DNA of 64,000 nucleotides from Dudresnaya verticillata. Lineage: Eukaryota. Positions 24,435 through 36,637 of this stretch are shown here, piece by piece (position 1 is the stretch's first letter; every line of letters starts with the position of its first letter). The notes below the pieces were generated by a model. The model did not search any database. It worked only from the letters and a program-made list of their open reading frames with translations, and was not told the DNA's origin. The stretch is taken from the NCBI GenBank assembly GCA_977862235.1, contig OZ374557.1:186001-250000 (forward strand), read 5' to 3'. Position numbers and translations under genes: made by a program.

Positions 24435-24979
24435 TGTCGTTCAACTTGGGTAGGTATAGAGGACTTCGAGCGAAGTCAATCTGGCCCAGCCTTGGCCGGA
24501 GATTATAAATGGGTGGTCAAGATAGAGTAGCATGCAGTGTCAATTGTCACTGAATATTGTCAGTAGTTGCATTCAATTCCACGTTCGCGTGGAGGGTGAA
24601 ACTCAGTACAAGAACTATTCCGATGTCAGCAACAAAGTAAAAGAAAAGTCAACGATTACAAAACAGAACAACAACCAAACAATCTAGGGAACTAGTCTAG
24701 CACACGCTACAGACCGGAGACGGTGCAACGCTTTGCGTTTGCAACTAATGGAAGACAAGTTCAAAGAATCACGGAACACTCAACTAGTGTCTACGTTTGA
24801 ATCAACCTCCGCTACCATTGGAATCAATTGCTCCGCCCTCAGTCAGCTCTTTTGAGAGCCGTTCCGAGCGTGCAGCTCTTGCACTCGTGGTAACCGAAGC
24901 AGCCCTTTTGAGGGCCGTTTATCGACGACCACGTGTGGATCCTAACGGCTACAGTGCCGTAAAGGTCTGTATTTCGACA
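24435..24979 (+). repeat. 3' LTR of Copia D
   Basis: Direct repeat of the 5' LTR; preceded by the A-rich purine tract AAAAAGAAAAA. Confidence 0.97.
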
Positions 24980-24984
24980 ACCAC

Positions 24985-25366
24985 AAATATTTTTGTGGAT
25001 CTTGGGGCATGCATACCGCTGACGAACATTCGACGAATCTCCCGTTCAGGCGTTAAACGCTAAAAACGCTTGTTCCGAGCCAATTCCGGGAAAGGAGATG
25101 ATGGCACTGGCCTTCAAGGAGTACACATTCCATACTGCAAAGGGTACGTGGAAGGCGCCGGCGCTGATATGCTCTTGATCATGGAACTGATGGGGAGGCG
25201 TCGCAAGTATATTTTGGAAGACCTTACTGCGAAACGCGAGGAATACGGAACCTCCTGCAGTGAGAAGGAGGTAAAGGCGGCGGTTGAGCAGCGTGGGATT
25301 TGGTACGGGGTCCTGGATGGTGTGCACAGACTCGTCTCAATTCAGGAACTGATGCGAGAGAATTAG
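24985..25366 (+). pseudogene. ParB/sulfiredoxin-like domain remnant
   Basis: IPLTNIRRISRSGVKR*KRLF ... WYGVLDGVHRLVSIQEL: DGxHR box with upstream helix pattern typical of the ParB/Srx N-terminal fold (by-eye match). Confidence 0.6.
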
Positions 25367-26902
25367 GAACTGGTGTTGTCGAAGAAATCATCCACAGATC
25401 GTTGCATACTGCCTAGTCGATATAATCTACTAAAGACATCGATACCATTGACTGCGAACGATAATTCCACCTGTAGTCGAACTTAATCCTCATTCTCAAG
25501 ACTTTTTCGGCAACAGGCATCTACAAACTTAGTCTTACATTAAAAAGCATCCTTGGTCCTCTTTCGCAATCGCTAATCTTTCGTTCTGGGAGTCGTCTAA
25601 CATGATATCGGCGCGTTGGAGACGGATAGTTGAAGCAACTAGTGGGTACACGGCATTTTTAGCAAGACGTATTTCACCAAATCGTCGCGAATTCCAACAT
25701 TATACAGACGTTGTGCTACTAGGCGCCTTGTGATAAACTCTTGGATTTGTTGCAAGCTTAGCTTTGTATAGGTCAGCCGTTAGCAATGCTGTAGTGGTCG
25801 CAGCATCATTGAGCTTCAAAACACTGCCAATCTCTCTTGTTGTGGACTACACACGTCGCAGTTTGTCCGACATAGACCCCAGAGAATCCTGGAAAGTTAG
25901 CCCGGTAACTTGTCCAACGAAATCTCGAGGCGTCATACCTTTCATGGCCTTGTAATAGGCAAAGGCAGAAGCTAAAAGCACTCATCAAGGGTCCCGGCAA
26001 GTGAAAGCAGCGTTCTCAACCCCCTCAGTCATTACGTCTAGGAAAACACCTGCAATAGAGCACGCAGAGCCGATATCAATCGGGACTGCAGCCATCGGCG
26101 CGAACGTCTGCGCAGCAATTTCGTCTTGCAGTATTCTGGTCCATACCCTCTCTGAATACGATTACGACTTCCATTCGACGCGTTCATGCATGCGCGAGAC
26201 GACGAGATATTTTCGTTAGTCATATCGTTCATCCTGTTTCATTCCGAACTAATGAATAGTGCAGAGCACAACCGTCTGAAATCCACGCATCTCCCTGTCA
26301 CAGAAACTGCCATCACTATTGTGACCCGATCTCTTAGCTCCCAGACACTCTATTGTGATTGGTGGCTGTGTTGCCGTTCGCACCACACACATTCCAGTCT
26401 TTTCAAGGCCGTTACCAGTCGTTCTGAGGGGAGACGCACTGGTAATATTAGTCCTACTCTCTTTCCAGGGGGCATCAGGGCAGACCAACTCCCACCAGCT
26501 ACTAGCGCCGAAAAGCTCCGTGCACCATACTCTCAACTGCTACTTCACCTACAGTGCTCCACGCCTCAACTACTTATACTTTTTATCGCAACACAGAAGT
26601 TAAGGAAGGCGGGAGCGCACAGCCATGGTGCGAGGCGCAAGTCCGAGATACCCGTACAGTACTATGCTACGGGGGGTGCGTTCTGGTGTTAGAGGCATTC
26701 GAACCCAGAACGGGGGTTAGGTGGCACGAGCTACGTTGGAGCTTCCGAAAGGTACTAGGAAGGCCCAGACTCAAGTGGACAATTCTGCACGGTCATCGAA
26801 GGGAGAAGCGTGGCGGAAGAGCAGAGACTTGGAGGGTTTTCGGTGGCTGTTAAACAGTTTGTATGTCTACTAGGATGCAAATAAATACGAAATCCGTTTA
26901 GT

Positions 26903-27983
26903 GTGGGTTCCAAAGCGCCTCTACAGATAACGTTTTCAGACCTGAGCACAGGGACGTATGCATGGGACTCCTTTCTGATGGATGATCTCCTCGTTGCCTA
27001 CAACGCCGAAAGGTTTATTGCTTCAGATATTGTGGAGAAGAATATTGCTTCTTCTGCAGAGAAGGGGAAGGAAGGCCTTTCAGAAAGTACCCCAAAAACA
27101 GCTGTTGAGTTGGGGAGCAGTGTCAATCTTGTTGAAAATAGATGTGTTGTTGTCAATGCTACCGCCACACCGATCTTTTACGCTCCAGGGGAGCCAGCGC
27201 TGAGAGCTACGACTGCATCTCACTCGCACAGTGTTCGGATCATTCCGCCGAATGCAAAGCAGAACGCAGTCGGTTCTGTGCAGCTAAAACCGATTTACCT
27301 CAATCAGAATGCAGGGGATATTGGAGCTCAGTCTTCACTGGTGCGATACATTCCAGAGAAGGAGCTGCCGTATCGTTTCCCGCCGACCGCATCTCGATGG
27401 CCTACTACCGGGCATGCAGCAGACCCATCATCGGGACACGAACCACAGCCAGTCGTTAATGACTGTGACCCCGGTGTTGCGCGCAACCTCAGCCCTTCGA
27501 AGGCACATTATGCTCAGGAAAAGAATGGGAATGGAGCCCGTCAGAATCCAGACTGCAATGCAGTTGCCAATACCCCTCAGACTAATTATGATACTGAAAA
27601 TGCACGATCTGTGGTGTGCAAGACCCGCGGATCCACTCCAGGCTGCGCTCGCGTCGCTACGTCCGAGTCCCTGACCGCTCCCGTCCCCGACTCCGCGGCC
27701 GACCCCTCGGAAGATATCGAGCGCGTAATTGATCCTCCCGCTTCCCCTTGTCTTCTGGATCTTATTCAGAGCGCAACCTGAAGCTCCATTTCAAGAATTC
27801 GGGGAAGAGGCACATGCCGGTCCCCCTCAAAAGGAACCCGACGAGGCGCCATATGCTTATCTCACAGACTTGGAGTCTGACAAACTGACTCTTTTACCTG
27901 GTGATGGTGATGTACCGCTTGCGAAACATACACAGGAAGAGGATTGGCGCATTTTATATTTTGATGAATACGCTGCAAGATAA
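26903..27983 (+). pseudogene. Low-complexity ORF remnant upstream of, and possibly fused to, the DDE transposase
   Basis: 292-aa ORF plus frameshifted continuation 27729-27983, whose frame runs on, with stops, toward the transposase. Confidence 0.4.
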
Positions 27984-28199
27984 GGTAGTAATGATGGCAG
28001 GCTTGGGAGTCCTATTCGAAATCAGGGCCAGTCGGAACCGACTACAGAGCAAATGGTAAACGAGGTGGCTTCGGGTCGAGAACCTGTCCCCACCTCCCAT
28101 GAGGACGAAAATGTAATGGACCAAGCTTATGAGCCGTCATAGACCGTGATAGAGACAGGACGCGGGACAAAAAGAAGGTATCGGTACCATGACAGATCG

Positions 28200-30354
28200 A
28201 GAAAGAGAAGAAAGGTTGGGGACAAGGCACTAAAGAAGCGCTGCAAGGAAGCACTGGAAAAGCTGGAGTGGATTGTCGGGGAATGAAGTGTTGCACCAGG
28301 CAGGAGTGAGTGCTTTACGAACAAACCTTTAGTTTTCATGAAGTCAGAAGCCCTGCGTGTTTTGCGGATGGATCCCTATGACCGTCACAATGACATACAC
28401 GACATGATGCAAAGAGAATGTCGATTTATGTTCCACGGCAAGATTATTTGTACCGGCTTTCTGGAGAAGGTATTTGGTTCCTAGAAGGATCTTCAAATAT
28501 CCGTCAAGAGACATGGGGGCTCTACGCCTCCTTCAAATATGCCGGTGTGCATCGGGGTCGGCGGGGAGACGGACCAGCGAGGCTGAATCGTATGCTTCCT
28601 GCGTCGGCCCGCTGAGGTCGGGGGAGATATAATGCCCCACAAAACGAGATTCACCCTCCTCACTTCTCGAGACAGGGAGTATATAAAGCATTTTTGTCCG
28701 AGCAGAACGATGTGTTTGGAATATGGAACCCAGCAAGTCCAAGCTACTTTTACGTGTCATGGAAACAGTACTGCCCCATAATCAAAGTCTGGAAACAAAA
28801 AGCATTCATACTTTTCTCTTTGTGTGAGGAGAACAGAATCGCACTGGCAAGGGCAGGGTCAGACGTCGCGGAAGCACGACAGTTCCGTGTACGTCACAAT
28901 GTTCCTCACGAAACATTGTACGAGGAAATACTTGAGTACAAGCAGCGTATTGATAAGACGGTTGCATACCCGTCGCAGTACTGCTCTATTGTCGTGGATG
29001 GGGCCGACCAAGAGCACTACGCTATCCCTATCTTCCTTTTGAAGACGAAGGGCTTGAGAGGACATGGAATTCAGCTACACGTGGTGGGTGTGCTGGAGCA
29101 TGGACCAAGCAAGACGTTTTCGCTATACTTGAAGACCGACGATCGCGAGTCTGGTGTAAATTGTGCATGTGATAGAATTGATAAACCGCAGTCTGATAGC
29201 GAGACATCTCAAAGCCCCGCTACAACCTGGACTATTCGTGCAAATGTTTGATTGCACACGTGAGAATAAGAATAGATTTATGTTCCCGTATCTAGAGAGC
29301 TTGGTGTCCTGGGGCGTTGTTCGGGAGGTTCAGGCATCTTTCCTGCCCATCTGGCATACGCATTCCGATATAGACCAAGCATTTAGTTGTACAGAAACCA
29401 GACTGAAAACAAAATATACTACAACAATGGATGAATTCGTGGACGAACTACGACTCTCATACACACACGAGCCTCACGTGAGCTGGATGACAGGGATTAC
29501 CAATTTCGCAGGTTTGTGTGACACGACTAAATGCCTAAGGAAGGTCCAGGCCTTTAGCACGTATTAATGTTTACGCTTCTACATAATCAACGGCGAAACA
29601 AGCGGACGAAATGCTCGCTTTCTAAAAGCCTTCCAGGTTAAAGTGCAGTGTAGAGACGCATAGTCTCCACTTGCTACATGATGAGAAGAGCTGGGCTTCA
29701 TACTATTCGCCCCGGACCTGCCGCAGACGTCCCCTACTAAGGCGAGATGGTCCCCAGCAGAAACGAGGTCGGAGACGATCTGCGCTCATGCGAAGCGAGT
29801 ATTGGATCATTGAAAAGATGCCGTCTTTAAGAAGTCTCCGAGATCATATTTATCGTGATAGAGATGAAATATTCCACTGGGATCTAGCTGCAGCTGTGGG
29901 GAGGAATGTTCGGTACCAGGCAGCTACAGATGCAATCAACCCGGTAGAGTACATCCCTGGTGACGAAGACGCCGTAATAATGGAGGGTTGGAGTGTGTCC
30001 AATACAGTTCACAGGTTCGTCGCTGCCAAGTATGAAGGAGCCACAATGCGTTTCCTATTCTACATTGACAAAATTCTGGACCTTGTTCCGAATGAGGACA
30101 ACCCTGAGGAGACTGAACTCAAGATCCGCTGGTACGACAAGGACAAATCTGGTCGGATATTTAATGCGACCAGATTTGTCTTGTAGTATCAGTCCGCTAC
30201 TTAGGACACCATAACGCAACATTAGAGACACAGAATTGGAAAAGATTCAAGCTCAAAGAATGTGACAGGGGTTCGTATCGTGTGTTGTTTTCTCCCAGCT
30301 GCGAATACCGCAATAGAAAACCTCCAGAATCTCAAGGAGTCTCAGTACTCCTAA
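28200..30354 (+). pseudogene. Decayed DNA transposase, Sola-like (DNCxRENKN / GHTHxDIDQ type), with C-terminal BAH-like segment
   Basis: SIVVDGADQ, FVQMFDCTRENKNRFMF and FLPIWHTHSDIDQAFS; colinear with the copy at 62366-64000. Superfamily name is tentative. Confidence 0.75.
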
Positions 30355-31539
30355 TCAAATTGAGGCTCATAGTAAAGCGCTTACATCCGTTACTATTTGT
30401 TGATATCAGAGCTGTAGCTGTGGCATGAACCAGGAAGACACTTTTCAATGGGAGGGCCTGACTCCATTTTTATAAAATGCCTTTGTATTGGGGTTTCGTT
30501 TGAACGGGGCATGTGCTCGCTCCAATATCTCTCTATAAAGTACTACGACTACCCCGAATGGAGGGATACACTACTATAGCCTATGGATCAACACGCGCAG
30601 ACCACGTGTGGAGGCCTCAAGGTTCTTTGTTCCATTTTGGAAGCCTTGAGGTATAATTCTCAGCGATTAATGGAAGGAAGGATCACAGTATTCAGTACAC
30701 TAACTTATGTCGACTGTTCAAGAGTTACCTCTCTCTCTTCGCGTTTCTGTCCAACCACAGAAGGGAATGAGAGGGCGCGAATGCAGAAAAACGAGTTTCA
30801 AAATGGGACATGGGGTCTTTCACAGCCACTCGCTACAGTTCAATAAAAGTTTGGTTGGCTGTGCTGCAGTAGGCGTAACGGGGTCTTGTTGCAGCATATG
30901 GACCATCCTTTCCACTTCGGCTGTCCTCTTCTGCGCTTTGAGCTTATTTTCCTGACCCATTGCGACCGAGTTTCCGTATTGAGATGCGGTTATGTTGGTG
31001 AGGGATTGGTAGGCGGAAACGGTATCAGTTAAAATATGGGAAAGGCGTTTGTATCTATAAAGAGGAGGGAAACACTGTATGAGGAAGGGAGATAAGAAAA
31101 GAGAAGATAGAACAGGTATATCAAGTAAGAAAGTGTAATTGAATTTGTTATTATAGTTCTTCTAGGTCTGATGACTTGGATGAAGATTGAACGAACTATT
31201 GAGAGTTCATATTGACTTGCTACCTCTCCGCTTGAGATAGTACTCTAGTAGTTCGGAAAGTCTAGAAGACCATACACGTTACTACAGTATTAGGGCAACT
31301 CTTGTATTGTAGCAATACTGTATTGATATGATATTGCGTGCATGTAATGCAGTAACTCTGAACAAATATCCATCAGATACAAGTTACATAGATATTGTAG
31401 TGATGGGGTTCTGAGGGGCGTTTAATCGTTCTGCTCCGCACCTTTTCCTGGGTCTTTATAGTCTTCTCTGTCGTGAACTAGAAGATGCTTCCCACACGTT
31501 TTTGGCAAAGGCTGGCCGAGTAATGGTACGGGGTGGGGT

Positions 31540-33450
31540 TCATTACTCAGAAATAAATGATACAATTACCACATTGCCGCTTCGTTGGGAATGTGGGAAA
31601 GGGACAATGAGTCTGTAGTCTCCCGTTATCGTCGGGGGAGCATCGCTAAGCGTTTCTTGTGTTTCAGCAGAGGGAAAATTGCCGTTACTGGTGCTGGAAT
31701 AACCTATTATCAAGGGCAGTCTTGATAACTCTATTGAAGCACATGGCATCATGACAACGTAAATGCAACCATCTACCCCGAAGTAGAAAGAGTATCTGTA
31801 AAACGGCAAAACGTCTAACTGGGAGGCGCGCATACAAGTTAGTCGCATATGAGCGGTAGGAGCGAGGGACAAAATTCCGGGACGCTAGAGCGTGCTATAC
31901 AATTCAACAAGACATCTATTTACAAGCTCCCGGGAAGTCCTCTTCTTCAGTGCAACGCCTGCAGCCCGACCCCGTCTGCGCCAGGTTTTCTGCCCGAATT
32001 TCCTTCGCTATTAGCTCATGGACAGCATTGGTAATACCCATGTTCGAATATTCCCTTCCCTGCTGTGGATTCTCACCACCACCACCATCTGCGCCCAATC
32101 GCCTGACTACCGTATTTACACTTGCGGGTAGACGCCTTTCCAATAACGCAACCTTCTCTCTCGGGAATCCTGGTTGCTTTGTCCTTCTCTCTGTTTGTAC
32201 TTTGTCCGCCATCCAACTTGAGGACCATCTCGTCCCGGATCACAAAACAAGAGGCATACGAGATACTCTTGCTACAATAGAGCCTGTATAGCGGCCGCCA
32301 TTGAACCGTGGAATGGCCCTCCTCATGCGAATGACCCTAGCAACCGACGCAAGTGTCTTGTCACCCGAAACGGTACCTCTTCATAGCTTTATAGTTCTCC
32401 GCGCTTCGATATGATATCACGCATGTGCAGGTTGGAAACTACTCCCGTAGACCAGTAGGCCATGAAAACGATATGCTATGACGACGATTCGCCCCAATTG
32501 CAACGGCATATGATAGTAGTGATGCCGAGCCTGGCGTCTCGCCATGCCCTTCTTGAAGATTAAAAGTCTAGTTCTGGTTGGCATGTTGGCCTTCACCTCA
32601 TCGAGAAAACATGAATATGGAACACGCAATCGACACAATGCGTTATAGGCTTCAACCCTAGCAGCAATTGATTCCGCCATGACTTTTGGTTCCGCGTTTT
32701 GTTCCACATATTCTGCTATTCTGTGGCTATGTGTCCCGGATTCTATCGTGCAAAATTCCATCAAAGGGCCATCAATAATCACCTCTCATTGCAATAAAAA
32801 AGAGCTTTCTAGTCGATCTGGAAGCCTAAAATAACTCGGATCGTCCCATGTCAGTCTTGTTACGGAAACTGTAGCCACGAGCGTAGGAATGGTAAGGCGA
32901 ACTAATCCTTGGTGATTCTCAGCGTTCTTCGTGAAGATGAACGCATTACGGAGCCTGTAATGTAAATCTGGGCAGCACGGTACTCTGTTGAATTACTGTT
33001 TTCATTCACACCGGTACCAACGCACATCCGAGAAACGTCTTCCAGTGCGTTTCCGAATGATGAGGCAACTTCCCACCCCGCCTTCACAGAGTTCTGGTAC
33101 CATCTGTGAAGGAAAGCGTTCATAACACTCAGGAGATGTCTCCCCTGATGAGGTTTCAAACCATAACATAGGTCTATAGCGACGCAATATAACTCCAGAT
33201 ATAGGCGTTGGTGTTACTTGACAGTGTGAGACGTGATAATATCACTATGAGAAGACCAGTGGCTGGGATGAGGAAACGGGTGATCCGCGAAGCCGGGGCT
33301 GCGCGTTGCACGTTTGGCGTACTTTTCATTCTTGGAACCACTGTTTACTATGGGTCCTGAGCCTGCCTCCGTACCAGCTTTCCCTTGCTTACTTGCATTG
33401 TCTAAGGCGATCTTCTTCCTATCCGCAGCATTCGGGTTGTTCGCGGTCAC
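31540..33450 (-). pseudogene. Highly decayed ORF chain, possibly an old retroelement gag-like remnant
   Basis: Successive minus-strand ORF pieces (33214-33450, 32902-33159, 32417-32782, 31916-32212) ending near CRRC; no diagnostic motif. Confidence 0.25.
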
Positions 33451-33856
33451 AGCCGGGGCATCCAGTATCCACTATCAGGGACGAAAAATCTCGCTCTAAT
33501 TCATGCTGCTAACCTTGCGTAATAAATATATCCGTTAGCTCTAGCTTTCCCCGAGCAATTGCACATATGCCTGATACAACTAAAACTGGTCCGTCTTCAA
33601 CAGGGTTCTTAATTAGTATTTTTCACTGCGCTCCAATCGGGAGCTCTCTACAGGCATTCATGTAGCGGTTCAGGGTTCACAATAGCTCTGGAATACTCGG
33701 ATAATACGTGCCACTGAAACGGTGTCGTGGTGCACTCTATCAGCCGTTCTTTCCGAAAGCAGGATTATGCTTTTCCAGACTTGTTAACCTCCTCAAAGAA
33801 ATAGCTGGAACCAACGACAGCAACTTGCATCTTGATATGTTCTGCGTAGAAGTCCT

Positions 33857-34968
33857 TGTAGATACCTACTGAAGTAGGATGTTAAGGAGGGAGCATCACA
33901 GCACTTGTGACAAGTGGGCACGTCCGTGTCCAAAACAGTCTCGCGTACGCGAAGACAAAAAGAGAAAGTGAAGGATAGAGGCAGAAAGAGGAAGGCGAGT
34001 AGATGGGTATACCGCGCTGGTCGGGTCCGATGCCGTAGTTGCATGCCCTCGCCGTCGTTCGACACCAGCGGGTTGCCTTTATTAATACTACAGCTGGACA
34101 GCTCTGTGCAACCCACAGTAAATGTGACTTGCGTACGCAAGATCCGTTCCGAACAGCCATGGACAAGTGCCGCCACATGCACCAGCCATTCCGACGTCGC
34201 CGGGGATGGACGGAAAGTCGCCCAGGTCCTCGCCTTAGTCGTAGGACCTGGCCGCAGGCCAATCATGTAGAAAGGCATGGCAGCCCGGCGCATGTGCGCT
34301 GGGGCTGCATTGTGAGCGTACGCTACAGTAGAGCCATCACTCGGAGCATCAGCACGGCGAGTCGGCTAAGTACTCAGCAGGCGTCCGTACTCTGTACAGA
34401 GTTCACCTCAGGACGCCACAGCGGGTCCGGCGTCGGGGCTATTAGCCTGCGGGCGCTTCCGCGTGTTGAGCGCCCAGGGGTTACACACTACACCAAGCAA
34501 AGTCACACTGAAGCGGCAATAGCTTAGTGGTTTCTTTTTGCTTGGTCCGCCATGGAGGTCATGGGATCGAGTCCCGCGGGTGTGTGCACGTGCGAAGCAG
34601 AAGAGTAGTCTACAATGATCATTGGTTGGCCACCATGATTTCCTCAATAGCCGGAACATGTGAACTACTGACAAGTGTCCACAGAGACAAGCGCCAGAGA
34701 TGCGCGACACGTTGCCAGGAGGTGCAAGGTGGCTTGTCCATTACCTAGTTCTATCCCGAGGGGCAAGGGAGAAAAGAAAAAAGAAGAGAAGGCAATGTAG
34801 ATACCTACTGAAGTAGGATCTTAAGTAGGGAGCATCACAGTACTACGCCAAGCAAAGCCACACTGAAGCGGCAATAGCTTAGTGGTTTCTTTTTTCTTGG
34901 TCCTCCATGGAGGTCGTGGGATCGAGACCTGCGGGTCTGTGCAGTGCGAAGCTGGAGAGTAGTCTACA
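33857..34968 (+). mobile_element. TRIM-like mini LTR element: ~174-bp LTRs (33857-33905 + 34490-34614; 34796-34968) and 181-bp internal region
   Basis: Both repeats run TGTAGA...TCTACA; long purine tract before the second; palindrome CAATGATCATTG after the first. TSD is imperfect (TCCT/TGCT). Confidence 0.75.
33906..34485. mobile_element. Solo LTR (580 bp) nested in the TRIM 5' LTR
   Basis: TGTGAC...GTTACA termini; 4-bp TSD CACT (33902-33905, 34486-34489). Removal restores colinearity with the TRIM 3' LTR. Confidence 0.85.
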
Positions 34969-35840
34969 TGCTGCACATTTACATACTGCCCCAGTTCACC
35001 AAGGAACGTCTTCCAAAAATTGTATATAAAAGTCTTGAAAGCGGTGAACGAGCAGGGTAGATTGTGAGTGTTGAACTGCCTAGGTTGGAGGTGGGGAAGC
35101 CCAGAGCCCGGCTTTTATGTTGTATTGTAGTTCGGTAAATTGATAGTTACGTAAGGAATTGAAGTAGTACAGTACGAATGCAACGGATTGTTGCAGTAGT
35201 GCTCTTCAAGGGCAGAAGGGAGAGTCAATTCACCAAATTGCAGTTGTGGCCGCATGCATTGGCGAACACAGCGAAACTGACAATGCAACACACATAAAGT
35301 GTCGCACGTCACCTCGATTCTAATTGCCACGCGCAAATTTGTAGCTCGTTCTCCATTGTTGGCTCCTCGATTCTCCGAGAAAAAGGCCTTCAACCGGATA
35401 ATTTATCTTTTCCATGGCATACAGGTGACAAGACACGCAGTTTATGTTGAAGTTCTCACGTATATGATAAGTACAGATATTGAGCATGTGAAAAGAGCAA
35501 TGAAAACAACGGCCACGTGATTGACGAAAGTAGAACGGGGAATGCAGAAGAATCAGAAAGCTGCGTATCCGCGGAAGGTGTTGACAGGAGCAGCAGTGCA
35601 CGTGGCGCGCTGTGGCAACCTCACAGTTACTGTGGCCCGCCACACACCCAGGTCTGTTTGCTCTACTGTAGCACACACAGGCCTGGGTATGGTGCGAGAG
35701 TGTAACAGATTTTGAGTCAACTCTAGAGTCTTATCTGGGCACAGCACCGGCGGCCCTGGAAGCGGTGCGCGAATTGCCAGGAAACTCTCTGGGCGCAGGA
35801 GTGAAGGGCCCATGTAGGTGGGATTGAAGCGGTCAAGAAG

Positions 35841-36078
35841 GTGCCTGGGCGGAATAGGAAGTGCCATGGCGTGCTGCGCAATCATGGTCAACGTAATGTC
35901 CGGGCGCAGCAGCGCACGCGGCCCTGGAACGGGGTTAAAGCGGCTCCACAGTGCCTGGGGGCAGTAGGGGCGCCATGGAAGTGGTGCGCAATCATGGCCA
36001 AGGTACGTTCTGCGCGCATCAGCGCACGCGGCCCTGGGGCACGGTTAGGGCGGCACGGAAGTGCCTGGCGCAGTATGG
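35841..36078. repeat. Degenerate 110-bp tandem repeat (~2.2 copies)
   Basis: GTGCCTGG recurs at 35841, 35951 and 36061; shared TGCGCAATCATGG and CAGCGCACGCGGCCCTGG blocks. Confidence 0.75.
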
Positions 36079-36637
36079 ATGCTGTCAGCAGAAGGGCTTA
36101 CAGGTGCGCACTCCTTTTTGCGCGACAGGCTGTCTGTTAACCAGGACAGCTGTCGTTTCATCGCTGTACACGTGGATGACACGTGTGTACACGTGGCTTC
36201 CCAGCTGTACACGTGGCTTACACGTGGCATTCTAATGATGCCAATTGGACGCCTCGTATTGTGTGATTTATGACGCGCCGCTGCGCTACTCATGGACGAG
36301 CAGCGCTCCCGCACTCAGGGTATCGACAATGCAGCCGAGACCCTGGCTTGAACACCGGCGCATCCGCCACGAAGTCCCCTAACTGGAACGTATTCCCACC
36401 TTTAACTTGTACTGACTGTACTAACCTACGTAGCTATAATCATAGACTAACTTAGACGCCCTTTCGGGCTGATAGACCTTTCGGCTGTCAAGCCCTACTT
36501 ATGGGCGCCGGAATAGCCGGCGCCCTCAGAATGAACACTCAGCGGAATGGTTCGGAACGTGTTCACTTTTTGGTCGTTCGGACGCTCCGCACCTTCAGGG
36601 GTCGCCCAGTACAGGCCCGGAAGTCGTACGAAAAGTA

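Larger units (their letters stand above)
18881..24979 (+). mobile_element. Full-length Ty1/Copia element 'D' (GalEa-like), 6099 bp
   Basis: Two 545-bp LTRs (about 3 differences seen), TSD ACCAC at 18876-18880 and 24980-24984, domain order gag-PR-IN-RT-RNase H. Confidence 0.97.

Noticed and set aside
30993..31150. Short Copia-type solo LTR (TGTTGG start, TATAAA, purine-rich body)
   Set aside because: No convincing CA terminus or TSD could be found.
34512..34590. Functional tRNA gene
   Set aside because: No pairing acceptor stem or clear anticodon arm, and an internal T-run; kept only as a tRNA-like cassette.
35841..36078. CRISPR array
   Set aside because: The units are degenerate tandem repeats without constant repeats and unique spacers; no cas genes; eukaryotic TE context.
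36165..36637. LTR-like host of element E (continues at 48663-48810)
   Set aside because: It has CACGTG repeats and TATA-like features but no definable termini or TSD, so it was not annotated.
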